64,000 nt of DNA, taken from positions 235,168,001-235,232,000 of the forward strand of contig CM097885.1 of the NCBI GenBank assembly GCA_044892525.1. Direction: 5' to 3'. Of this stretch, positions 41,606-52,816 are shown piece after piece. The position numbers were made by a program, and so were the translations under genes. The notes beneath the pieces were generated by a model. It saw only the letters and a program-made list of their open reading frames with translations. It did not search any database and was not told where the DNA came from. Source of the stretch: Schmidtea polychroa. Lineage: Eukaryota. Every line of letters begins with the position of its first letter. The stretch's first letter is position 1.

Positions 41606-42536
41606 TAATAATAATAATAAATAATGATAATAATAATAATAATAATTTTGATAATAACATCTTTGTTCTAGTGGAGTCCTGAGTCATCGTTCTAATCGTG
41701 TGTGATAGTCTTTGTCTTAAAAATAAATGATTGGTCTTTGTTCAAAAAAGTCATCGATGAGTCATACAAGGGGGGGGGGCTAGTGCACAAAAAACAATAA
41801 TAACTCCTTATTTAAACTATGAGTCATCGATGAGTCTTTGTCTATATGTCTTTGTTTAAATGTATTTATTTAAATATTTGTTTACATGTCATTATTTAAA
41901 TATTTGATTAAATGTCTTTGTTTAAATATTTGTTTAAATGTATTTATTTAAATATTTGTTTACATGTCATTGTTTAAATATTTGATTAAATGTCTTTGTT
42001 TAAATATTTGTTAAAATGTATTTATTTAAATATTTGTTTAAATGTATTTATTTAAATATTAAATGTCTTTGTTTAAAAAATGATGAGTCATACATACTTT
42101 AAGAATGAGTCATCGGGCAGGATCAAAGGTGATGAATCATATGTGCTTTAATGATGAGTCATCGTCTTTGTTTAAAAATGATGAGTCATGTGACCTTGTT
42201 ACTAAAAATAGAATGACCTTGACCTATTTACTAAAAATAGAATGACCTTGATGAGTCATCGATGACGTCATGTGACCTTGTTGCTAAAAATAGAATGACC
42301 TTGGCCTAGTTGCCACGGGGCCACCGTTGCTATGGATGAGTCATGCGACCTTGATCTAGTTACCATGGTTACCACGGTTGCTATGGGTGAGTCATATGAC
42401 CTTGATCCAGTTACCACGGTTGCTATGGATGAGTCATCGATGAGTCATATGTCTTTGTTTTGCGCTGAGTCATCGGGGGGGGTAGTGCAAAAAAATGACA
42501 AAAAACGATGAGTCATGGAGCACACTTCTCTCTACT
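35104..42536 (-). repeat. Inverted arm copy 3 (true right end, most diverged)
   Basis: Full terminus CTTCTCTCTACT followed by the TSD. Private SNPs and indels, concentrated in the outer about 2.5 kb. Confidence 0.95.
36499..36996 (-). CDS. IAP-type RING ORF, copy 4
   Basis: Identical 165-aa translation. Confidence 0.75.
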   Translation of the reverse strand: MLIEIFNNTVEDFINNHDAYTDKKIINVLKIFKHSSIEYLIDLFNYDKCILKLSSYLMYFEKTVVNNDTLNEYFWSCMYLRLKPGYSRLIYEWMAKVDLIENKLTEKLNDVKKMYLTCSICKENQVSVLFLPCGHVIVCSKCHEKNVRNCQACSTLINEYHTIYM

Positions 42537-43789
42537 TAATGCTTCAATTTTTAACTCCTTTTCTGTGGTATGGTAATTGAACATAAAACATTATATACCG
42601 TGGGTTTCGTTATTGTAACTTTCTTTAAGTTAAACCCAATTTCATTGTCAAGCTTTAAATTTGAATAAAAAAATAATTCTTTGAAATTTAAAATCATAAT
42701 TTTTTTGATTGATATTTAAAAAAAGTATTTTTATTTGCTTAATTATTATATTTTGGGGAATAATATCAAATGAAAAACAAGAATAAGAAAATGATTCAAG
42801 TAGAAATATTTTCAAATAATAAACCTTCTTATTTGGATTGTTTTTAATTAAAATTATATAAAAATGCATCGATATTATTACTCGTATAGAATTTTATGTC
42901 ATTAAGAATGAAGACAATATTATTATACCAATATCAATTTGAGAACATATATAGATTAGATTAGCTTCTTTAAAGCAATGCTCGTCAAAAAAAGTTGAAT
43001 TTTTCAGTGAGTTGAAATATTGTTTCCAAATTGAAATCATCACTTTAGGCATGTTCTATTTTATACAATCGTCAGAAAACTACATTTATTAAAAATTAAG
43101 CCTTTATAGTTTAATTGATATAAAACCTTTGTTTTAATTAAATTTTTATTAAAATAGATCGATATTTTTCTTGAGTGAATTTATAGTAAATTTGAGATAT
43201 TTTGGATATTATATTAGAACAATCATAATTTTTAATATAAATACAATGAATAAAGTCTCAGTAATAGGGCCAACCATATGAATCGTAGAATTAAAAAAAA
43301 TCGGTGCTGAAATCCTAGGGTTGATAAAAATCATCGATACTGGAAACAATAATAGTATTTTTGCTATATTTTTGCTATTTTATGCAAATATAAATTAGAA
43401 AGAGATTTTGACGAATTTGATCTGCAAAATGTAACGAAACTAATTTTAATAAGAAAAGGAACGATATAGTGAAGATATAATTTACACTTTAGATGTTACG
43501 AGAATATCTTCGAAATTGTTGTCTAAATCGTTTTTAGTAGAAAACGTCATAATCCATAAGTCTATTAATAATACAGTATTGCTTAATTTCTAAACAAACT
43601 TTTTCAGCCTTGAATTAAATACTCTCAAAATAATTTATCAAACGAATTTACTATTTTAATATTTAAAATTTTACATTGATTTAATAAAATTTTATTCCTA
43701 ATTTTAGTTATTTAGTATTTAAATTTATTTTAAATTATTTTAACAAATCACTTGAAATATTCAATCCTCTGCTGAAAACGGTTACCGAC

Positions 43790-43893
43790 GAGTTCATCGA
43801 AAACAAGTTCATCGAAAACAAGTTCATCGAAAACAAGTTCATCGAATGCAAGTTTATCGAACTTGTAATTCGATGAACTAGATGTGAATCCTC
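43790..43893. repeat. 15-bp tandem repeat (AAGTTCATCGAAAAC) of about 5 copies plus one inverted copy; probable small DNA-transposon remnant
   Basis: Direct reading. TTCGATGAACT at about 43869 is the inverted unit. Confidence 0.6.
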
Positions 43894-44310
43894 AAAACAC
43901 CTTACATTTACAAAGGTTTATTCAACAGAAATCTGTTAGATAAATCATTACTTTACAAAAATGCGATATTTTTAACGTAAAATATAGGTAACTACCAAAT
44001 TTTTAAGGCTAGATATAGATTGATGAAAAATTTCGAATGACTGTACTAAATTTGTGAATTTATTTAGATTATTGTCCAATTTTATAAAATAAATATTAGT
44101 TAGTATTTATGAGCAAAGCTGATATTCGATTATTCCTATAACCCATATTCCCAATTAATCCGAGTTTAGTTTCAACATTGTTTTAAATACTCATATGTTT
44201 CTTCAGTAGTTGAAATGAAAGTAACAGTGGACTGTAGTCGTTAAGGTTTATCTTTCCCGATTCTTTTAATGTTTTCAGTTACTCATGTGGTTTTTTATGT
44301 GTTATTTTAG

Positions 44311-44657
44311 GTGTGGGCAGCTACTGAAGAATGTAATGAAATATCAAGTTGGAATTTAGAATCAAGCTGCCGCATTACCTCTTTAAGAACTTCAGTACCT
44401 GATGTTAAGCAACGAAACATAACTGAATTTCCAAGTATTGTTAGACAAAATTCCACAAATTATGTACCAACTAACAATTTCCATTCAAAATCTTTTGTTT
44501 TGAAGTTAGTCGGACAACATGAACAGAGACCTTGTATTTTATCTGGTTCGTCGGATTGTAATCTTAGGTATTGGGATTTAAATGAGTATTCAAAATCATG
44601 TCTAATTTCGCACGGTGGATTGGATCAATATTCTACGAAAGTTTCAATTCAATATAA
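44311..44657 (+). CDS. PIK3R4: PIK3R4/VPS15 WD40 exon
   Basis: ttttag acceptor in phase 0 continues the 10023-10514 exon across the 33.8-kb intron. Encodes NEISSWNLE and ILSGSSDCNLRYWDL. GTAAGA donor at 44658. Confidence 0.88.
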
Positions 44658-44836
44658 GTAAGATCAACAGCATTTTTATTATTTCAACTTCATTGGCGAC
44701 AAATATCAACATTTTGGATACTCTGGAATATTTCCCCATGACTTTTAAGAATTTAATACACAATATAAACATTTAAAATATAAATCACATTTTTTGCAAA
44801 AAAAATTAATTCATCATCCTGAAGTTTGACAGTCAA

Positions 44837-45250
44837 CAGGCCCCAGAAGAGGGAGGGAGTCTTTTGACATGGGCCTCTTAATTTAGGGGGCCCCAAACAA
44901 CACTATTTTGATATTACACCAAACAATCAAAAAGTTTATTTTGCACTTTTACGTATGGCAAAAAAAGTTTTTATTAATATAAAATCTAATTTAACTATAG
45001 AAATCCTTATTTTTGGTGTATTTTTCACTTTTCCTCAGATTTTCATTTTTTTACTGCACGTGCACAAATAACTGCCGATATGATTTCAAAATCTTAAAAT
45101 AATTTTTACAGAATAGTAGTAAATTTTTTTAAGTTTTGAAATAATAAATTTTTAATCAGTAAAAATTATACATTTTTGTTATATTTTTCATTATATAGGG
45201 GCCACATATGATGTCAGACCTGGGCGTCCAAGTGACTCTAACAGGTTCTG
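44837..45250. mobile_element. Possible old hAT-type MITE
   Basis: CAGG...CTG ends, near-perfect 8-bp flanks ACAGTCAA/ACTGTCAA, and GGGCCCC subterminal motifs. Confidence 0.4.
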
Positions 45251-46797
45251 ACTGTCAATATTAGGATATTTACTTTATTTACTAAATGAAATATTTTGAC
45301 ATAAAATAAATTCTATATTTTTATAAATGACGAGTTATTTTAAAATTTTTCTTAGCCAAATTTATTAAATAATAAAAGCTAAAAGATTTTTATTAAAATG
45401 TAAAGATTTGTTAAGATTTTACATTTTGGGAAACATATCAAGTAAAGACAAGAGAAAAAGGAAAATAAGGTTCAATAAGAAAAGGATTAGTTAAATTTTG
45501 TATTGGAGTGAAAAGGAAATTTATTTAAGAAATAAACACTTCGAAAATGGTTTAATTAGTTTGTAGTGATGGGGTTCCAATAAGGATATTTTTCACTGGT
45601 CATGAATAAATATTATAGGATTCTGAAAATGGCAACTTATTTCCAAAATTTAAAGTTATAAAGATTCAATAAATTCACAAATTTTGAACGACAACATTTT
45701 AATTCAAATTCTTTTCAAAATACCTTTATTTAATAGCTTTACAATGCAAAAACAAGATTTCCGCTTTACAAGAAAATCTAATTAATTTATTCAAACAAAG
45801 GAATTTGTCATTGTAATTTACCCGATAAAAATATAATTAAAAAAACAATTAGCAGACATTGTTCTAAACACAAGTTTTAATGTTCTGGTAAAGAGGAAAT
45901 CTTGAAAGTTATTTTGACATTTCATTTTATTTTGTAGCTTTGAAATTCATTGAAATAAAACTATAATTATTTATTTTGCATTGATTAAATCTTTGACAAT
46001 ATCGATGTTAAATTGAGCTTATTGCTTGACAGTTTGTTTCTTTGAGAAAGGCGACAATGTGAAAAGGGGAAACATTTTCATTGAGGTTCATTTGATCCAA
46101 TGAGGTCCAGTAAGTGACAATCGACGGAAGAATTTGACGGATGCTTTTGTTCAAATTATTGGACACTTTTGAAAGTCATTGATGATGATCGAATCACAGC
46201 GGCGAAATATGCGTAGCAAAGATTACCCGTAGTAGGGTGTTGGAAAATATCCTTGGCTCATAGTAGTCTGTTAGCTTTCGAACATATTATTCTGAACAAT
46301 TTCCAATTTCGGTGAATGGAAAACAACGTTCTATTTTTCTGCAAATAAAACATTATATAAATTTTGCTAAGACAGTCTCACTACATAGTTATTTTTTTAT
46401 AATTGAGTACACCATCGACAAGTTATTTTAAAGCTTATCTGAATCGGTCCGAGTCAATCCGAAATATTTTATTTCATTAAATAAATAAACGCATCACAAA
46501 TAAAATCCAGTATCCCCAAATCTTCACCGTGAAAAAAGGCTAAATTCATCTCAAAAACCCACAAAATGTAGCGATAAAACGCTAGACGTTTTTTGTTGAA
46601 AAGAACCCCATATATAACGGGTATAGGATTCAAACAATTCCTATTATAATATTATAATAACTCATTGTCAATAAAATTAGAAAACCATAAATATATAAAT
46701 AAAACAAATTTAACAACTTCTTTATACTTTTATTTCCATCAAAATATAAACAATGTGACAAAAAATATTCCTTCATATATGGATTGTACGCATATAT

Positions 46798-47075
46798 CAG
46801 TGATTCTCAACCTTTTTTGTTACGGCACACTTTTAACGATTTCAAAATTTTGGGACACACAAAGAAAAAGATAAGTTTAAAAATTATTTACTTACCTATA
46901 ACACACTGCGTAAAATAGTTTATGATAAAAATTTTAAATGTGCGAAATAAAATAATATGTACTAAAAAATAACAAAATGTTTATTAAGGATTAATTACAA
47001 GTTAATAATAAGAATACATTTTAATGCGAAATTTGAGCTTGATGTTTTTCTAGGCACAATGGTTGAGAACCACCC
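46798..47075 (-). mobile_element. Degenerate hAT (Buster/Charlie-like) non-autonomous element
   Basis: CAGTGATTCTCAACC ... GGTTGAGAACCAC termini. Minus-strand EKHQAQISH* resembles Buster-type transposase C-termini. TSD not recognisable. Confidence 0.55.
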
Positions 47076-48052
47076 AATTCCTTTAATAACTAAAAATCAC
47101 AAAATAATCACAAGGTGTGAATATATTGACTCAGAACTTAGTAAACATATATTTACTAAAACTAAATTCTCACTTCTTTATTGTACCGTATATACAATAA
47201 TACAAGCCTATAATATAAAATATGAATCATCGAATACACCCGTATCTTCATTACTAGATGCTACATATGCTGCAATTGTACCTATATCTTTCAAAGCTTT
47301 TTCGGGCAGTTCATACTTATGGTAACATTTTCCTATTCGCCTTAAACCAGCTCGAGTTGTTAGAATAGCATTGAGCAAAATCACTTTTAACTAAATTAAG
47401 TTGGTTAAATGCTCGTTCAATTTCGGTGTTTCTGCTGTTCCTGTGTTACACAAATTTTCGGCACTGTCTATAATAAAAAATTTTAAATGCCGATAATTTG
47501 TGTTACATAGAGAAAATTTGATCAATAGTCATTGTTAGACGCAATTAAATTCAAGTCTTCTTCAAGCATTTATTTTTATAACAACTTCAAAATTGTGCCG
47601 TTTACTAGAGTATTTAAACACCGAGGCGTGATAATTATTAATATTAATGTAATTACTGGTCATACATTTAATTGATTTAATTTAATATAATTTAATATAG
47701 AATTTTAATATAAAAATTTAACAGAAATAATTATTTCTACTAACTGATTTCACTTCTACCATTTAACCATAATAATCTTATATAGAGATTTACTAACTCA
47801 TTACAGTCATAATAAAAACAAATTGAAATGTTTAGTAAATAAAGACAGATGATCACACGTGAACAAAGAATTTAGTAACTTATCTCTAATTCACAAATCG
47901 AGTTTATATTTTTTCCAGTTTCAACCGCAACTGACTGAAAATTGACATTTCTAACAATTCAATAATTCATAGCTAAGAATTGAAAACAAATATGCAAAAA
48001 AAATTGTAAATACAGTGCAAAATTTTTGGTTTTATTTGAAATTCTTTTGTAG

Positions 48053-48254
48053 GAATTTTCGAGATTCTGCTAACGAATCGGTTATCGAAGAAAGACAAAG
48101 TATTGAGTACATTGAAGAGAATTTAAACAAAAAGCGAGATTTTCAACCATTTACAGGACATGTGGCAAACATTTGTGATATTACCACAGTAATGTTGGGA
48201 CAACCATTTATTGTTTCGTCGAGTATGGACGGTGTGATTAAGATTTGGAAGTGA
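48053..48254 (+). CDS. PIK3R4: PIK3R4/VPS15 last coding exon
   Basis: ttttgtag acceptor (phase 2). Ends GHVANICDI...FIVSSSMDGVIKIWK*, the conserved VPS15 C-terminus. Confidence 0.9.
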
Positions 48255-48504
48255 ATTATTGAGAATTTTTCTATTTTAATTTGACTTGATTTTGTTATCG
48301 GTATTTTATTATTAATAAAACATTTGACATATCTTTGAGTTTCTTGATAAAATTGTGTTGGGTGCATGATGGGTGATGTGGCATGTTATCGTTCCTTATG
48401 TGAAAATAAATTGCTGACATTTATTTAGGAAATTGAATGAAATCTAGACCGAAACACACTTTAGAAATGGATAATTTTCGGCAAAATGACGGAATAAAAA
48501 TATT

Positions 48505-48720
48505 GTCTATTTATCTCTATTTTTAATCTCTATCTATCTCTAAATATATTTAGATATGTCTATCTAACTGTCTCTATATATCTGTCTCTCTCTTTATCCA
48601 GATCTATCCCTCTCTCTATTTATCTGTATGTCTCTTTTTCTGTCTATTTATCTCTATCCAGCCCTATCTCTATCTATATCTCCATCTCTATTTTTCTATC
48701 TATTAATCTATATCTTTTTT
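48505..48720. repeat. CT/TCTA-rich low-complexity tract
   Basis: Direct reading. Confidence 0.8.
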
Positions 48721-48849
48721 ATATATTAGATTTTATATTGAATTTTCGAGTGTATTTTGTTTTAATAATAGAAAATATATTCTAACCCACGTTTGAAAAA
48801 AACATGCTCAAGTACAACATTTCGAATCCAAATATTTCCAATATACGTA

Positions 48850-49030
48850 CAGTCAGCCTCTTATAACGCGGTGAGTGTGTACCTCGTTATATGGAAACCG
48901 CACTATAAGAAACTCGGCTTTAACCGTACAAACCAGGTTAATTCGTGTTCCATGTAAAACGTCTAGTGCGCTATAAGAAACTCGGAATTGGTACAAATCA
49001 CATCATTCGTACCGCGTGATATGGAGACCA
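48850..49030 (+). mobile_element. Truncated pogo/Tigger-like element end
   Basis: TA-CAGTCAGCCTCTTATAACGCG start and a repeated CTATAAGAAACTCGG subterminal motif. The other end was not found. Confidence 0.4.
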
Positions 49031-49508
49031 ATAAATATAAAAGACAAGATAAATTATATATTATTTTTATTGAATTGAAGAGTTCATATAAGGATTGATA
49101 AATAAAATGAAACAAGAACTAAACTAAAAGATAAAGTATTTCAATAAAAACAATGAAGACTTTTGTAAAATTATGTGATCTTTCAACACTCATCCTCGCT
49201 CTCAGATATGAGACGCCTAACTCGTCTTCTTTTAATGGGCGAAATGTCCTCATTACTTAGTTCATCTTCACATTGGTTTTCGATTGTAGCTTTTTTTCTA
49301 ACTCCACTTAAACCTCTCTATAGGGAGCTAAGCAATTTCTTAACTCTATTAAAGTTTGAACGATATATTATTCATACCTACAATCCTGAATCCTTTTCGA
49401 GAATTAGCAACAATCAAAACCAACATTTAGGTAACAGACGAGCTTATCAATAACAAAACATCATTCACCCATCAAGATCTATCCCAGACAGAGAAACGAA
49501 AACTTATC

Positions 49509-50045
49509 ATGTTTGTAGACGCACGAATGATTTGCGACATCAACAACAACCAAAGACCAGTTGGGGTGTGTATCAGAAATTTCAAAGGGATAGTAATTTA
49601 TGACAAGAAGATCACACCTAGAACAAAGGTTTTACACTATTACCCAGAAAAGACGGAAGCCAACAAAGAAAGTATAATTGGCATTGAAGACGAGTACCGT
49701 GCACTCGTCGATATACAAGAACTCTTATGTGGGAAAATTATAGTAGTCTACGACATCATTAACAAATTAAAGACATTAACATTGGATCTGACCAATATAA
49801 TGGGAGTTCGAGAGATGGCGAACGATGGATTTATAACATCATTCGTGAAAAACGTAGCACCCCACAAGAGCAAACTATCAAATTTGGTCTACCAAGTAAT
49901 AAAACACCATAAGATATGGTATAAAGATAATGCTCTAAACAATATTCTCAACAGACCTGAACCTTTCTCAACAAGGCACACCACAACAATCCTCAAGGTC
50001 ATCTATGACATCGTGGAAACTCAATGGGAAGAGGTGGTAAAATAG
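49509..50045 (+). pseudogene. REXO4/ISG20-like DEDDh 3'-5' exonuclease-like ORF, catalytic motifs degenerate, probably retroelement-borne
   Basis: FVDARMI / VCIRNFKGIVIYDKKITP / IQELLCGKIIVVYDI / GVRE parallel the D-x-EMV / VSIVN-G-VYDKYVKP / LL-GRILVGH / IRDT pattern of this family. Intronless, A-rich retroelement-like composition. Confidence 0.55.
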
Positions 50046-50277
50046 AATACGCAACTGCGACAGAAAGACAATCAACAACCAGCAACAAGTGAACCAGAGA
50101 AAGATTCAAAACATTGAACCTTCCCAATTTGGATTAAAATTTCATAGAGATGGCACAAGACGAACATTCGAGGATGAATATACAGATAGCGACGACGACG
50201 TAATATTTCTAGAAGAAAAAGGAAACCCAGAACTTGTGCCACAAGTTAAACTCGAACCACAGGAATAGAAATTCGAC

Positions 50278-50712
50278 ATGGAGAGATTAATGGAATGCGA
50301 TCTCGATTCGGAAGACGAATATTTTTCAATGGAAGACAGTGTCGACGAACCAGAAGATGAACTGGGACCAGAACCAGACATCAACATTGAAGAGCCCCAT
50401 TTTGTGATTGAGAAAGAGAAAAAACAAATCACAGAAAAAGAATTGACTCGTCATTTCGGGAGACGAATAAACGAGTGGGATATCCTAAATATAGCATTGG
50501 GCAAAGGGTTCAATCGAACGAAAATGCACATTCAGGATTGTGAAATAGAGCTAGTAAAAAGTATCAGAGATAATGCGGACATTATCTTAACGGCCCAGGG
50601 AGGAATGCTGGATGATGAGGGTAGGCCCATCACCACATTTAACCTCAACAAATATTATAAAACAGGGCCCAAGAGATATAGGGTCAATATATGTGCCGAG
50701 GAGAGACGGTAG
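50278..50712 (+). CDS. Unknown acidic-N-terminus ORF, likely part of the same decayed retroelement
   Basis: 144-aa intronless ORF with the same strand and composition as its neighbours. No recognisable domain. Confidence 0.35.
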   Translation: MERLMECDLDSEDEYFSMEDSVDEPEDELGPEPDINIEEPHFVIEKEKKQITEKELTRHFGRRINEWDILNIALGKGFNRTKMHIQDCEIELVKSIRDNADIILTAQGGMLDDEGRPITTFNLNKYYKTGPKRYRVNICAEERR

Positions 50713-51683
50713 ACCCAGATAACCTAATAACACAACCAACTCGAATCAACTTAATAAAATAATATTTGTGAACAATCGAACATTCAATCCTTCCTTATGT
50801 TATTCAATCCAATCCAATACAGTCCAAAAACAATATCATTATCTTTTGTGATTTTAATAATTGACTATTCTTGATATTTATTTTATATCAATGGTGTATA
50901 TATGATCCTTTATATGTGACTATTTTTACTTATTTTATTCTTGGTATATGGATTATTTGTATTATATTTATAGTTGTTAATATATCTTTCTGTATACATA
51001 TTTAATATTTTACAAAAGGGTAAATTAATTAATTTTAGAAAAAATAATAAAAATAATAATAATATTAATCTAATAGTCTGTAATTATTTTATTAAAAAAT
51101 TATAATATTAAAAAACTATAGCTAAAAGGAAACAGCTGTGGAGCAAAAAGAAATTATAATATTAAAAACAATAGCTAAAAGGAAACAGCTGTCGATCAAA
51201 AAGAAATTATAATATTATAAAACTATAATTAATAAACAGATGTTAAAAAAAACTATTAAAAATATAGTAAATATATTCCGTGCGTATATGCCGGAAATTA
51301 AAATATTTTATTTTATTAACATATGAAATAGTATAAATACCCAACCATTTTTAGTACAAACTGCCCAAAAAATTAGCGTTCAAGACACTTATTCGAAGGT
51401 TAATCCTAAAAATATTATAAAACCAGAATCAGACAGAAACGATTCACATTTCGACCAAACTTACTAAGACATAGCACGCACTACATAACATAAAACACCA
51501 CATATATAATTTTGCAAGCAGTTCGAAAGAAGTAATTAAAGAAATCATCAAGTGTTAATAATTGTTCGAGTTAATTGTGCAAATTATTCAAGAACTGAAA
51601 TTCTTTATTTTCGGTAAATTTTATTTATAATAAATATTTATACAAAGACTGGTTTTTATTTATATAAGAACCAGACAAGTTGA

Positions 51684-52816
51684 GTGTTTTCGAATATTGA
51701 GACCTCAACAGTGATATGCCTAGAAGAAATACATTCAGTGAGCCAAAACAGAATCGAGAATATCAGAACAAACAATCGAATTTTATTAATCAAGAATTCC
51801 AAAGAAACAATAGGCCAAAGGTCAGATGCTGGGCATGTCATGAAGAAGGCCATAGAAGAGCAGAATGTCCGAATGTTAAATGTTGATCATTGTCACAGAG
51901 CAGGTCATTTCAAACACCAGTGCTTCCAATTAAGAAACAATTTCAGAGATGTAAGAGAAAATGAACAAGAAAACATACGGGAAAAATTCCAAGGAAATGG
52001 AAGAAATTTCAAAAACCGACAATATCAAAAACCAGTTGCGGTAATAGAAGAAGAAGAACATGAAAATCACTACCTAAATGGATATGCTCCACCACGAAAG
52101 GAGGTGATTGGAGCACTGCAGTAAGTATGAGTTATTAAAAGAATTAAAAGAACACTACGAAAATATCGAAAAGGTTTTCAAGAAAATAGAACAAGCAGAA
52201 CTAAAAATAGCCATCAAAATGTCAATTCTTGAAAAATGAAGTAAAGTTCCTCGGACATATAATCAGCCAAGATGGAGTAAAAACAGAAGAAGAAAAAATT
52301 AAAGCAGTCAAAGAATTTGAAAGACCCAAGTGTGTTAAGAAATTAAGAAGCTTTTTAGGGTTAACCAATTACTATAGAAAATTTATAAAGGATTATACAG
52401 AAGATTCAAAACATTTAGAAAAGTTGTATGGAAGCAAAGAAAAAAAGTTGATTTGGACAGAAGAATGTGAAACTGTATTTACGAAACTGAAAGATAAGTT
52501 GATTAATGCACAAATATTAAAGTTTCCTGATTTTATAAAAACTTTCATATTAGATACGGACGCTAGCTTCGATCGTATTGGCTTTGTTTTGTCACAGACA
52601 TATAGTTCTGGAAAGGAAAATGTTTTTGCTTATGGATCGCATGCTATGTCGAAACACGAGGTGGGTTATTGTATAACAAGAAAAGAACTTTTAGCAATAT
52701 ATTATTTCACAAATCATTTTAAACATTACCTTTATGGAAAAAGATTTATACTAAGGATGGATCATAAAGCCATAAAGTATATGATGAAGACAAAGAAACA
52801 GCCAATCACCTCATGA
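51684..52816 (+). mobile_element. Ty3/Gypsy LTR retrotransposon remnant (gag zinc knuckle, RT C-terminus, RNase H), internally deleted
   Basis: CHRAGHFKHQC knuckle; VKFLGHII, LRSFLGLTNYYRKFI, FILDTDAS, YCITRKELLAI, HYLYGKRF...DHKAI. Protease and most of RT are missing. Confidence 0.9.

Larger units (their letters stand above)
10573..42536. mobile_element. 31,964-bp palindromic, internally amplified, non-autonomous Maverick/Polinton-like element
   Basis: 6-bp TSD TAATGC at 10567-10572 and 42537-42542. Termini AGTAGAGAGAAGTGTGCTCCATGACTC and its exact reverse complement. Multi-kb inverted arms. No pPolB, integrase, ATPase or capsid ORF in the ORF track. Confidence 0.85.

Noticed and set aside
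10573..42536. Whole structure as a pure long-read fold-back or assembly artefact
   Set aside because: Not favoured, because of the clean 6-bp TSD, in-phase host exons on both sides, and copy-specific SNPs and indels. The number of internal units still needs read-level confirmation.
10573..42536. LTR retrotransposon interpretation of the long repeats
   Set aside because: The outer repeats are inverted rather than direct, the termini are AG...CT rather than TG...CA, and there is no gag/pol inside.
50142..50432. Ser-rich minus-strand ORF (likewise 48143-48367, 51656-51853 and 59873-60097)
   Set aside because: Antisense shadows of plus-strand coding sequence.
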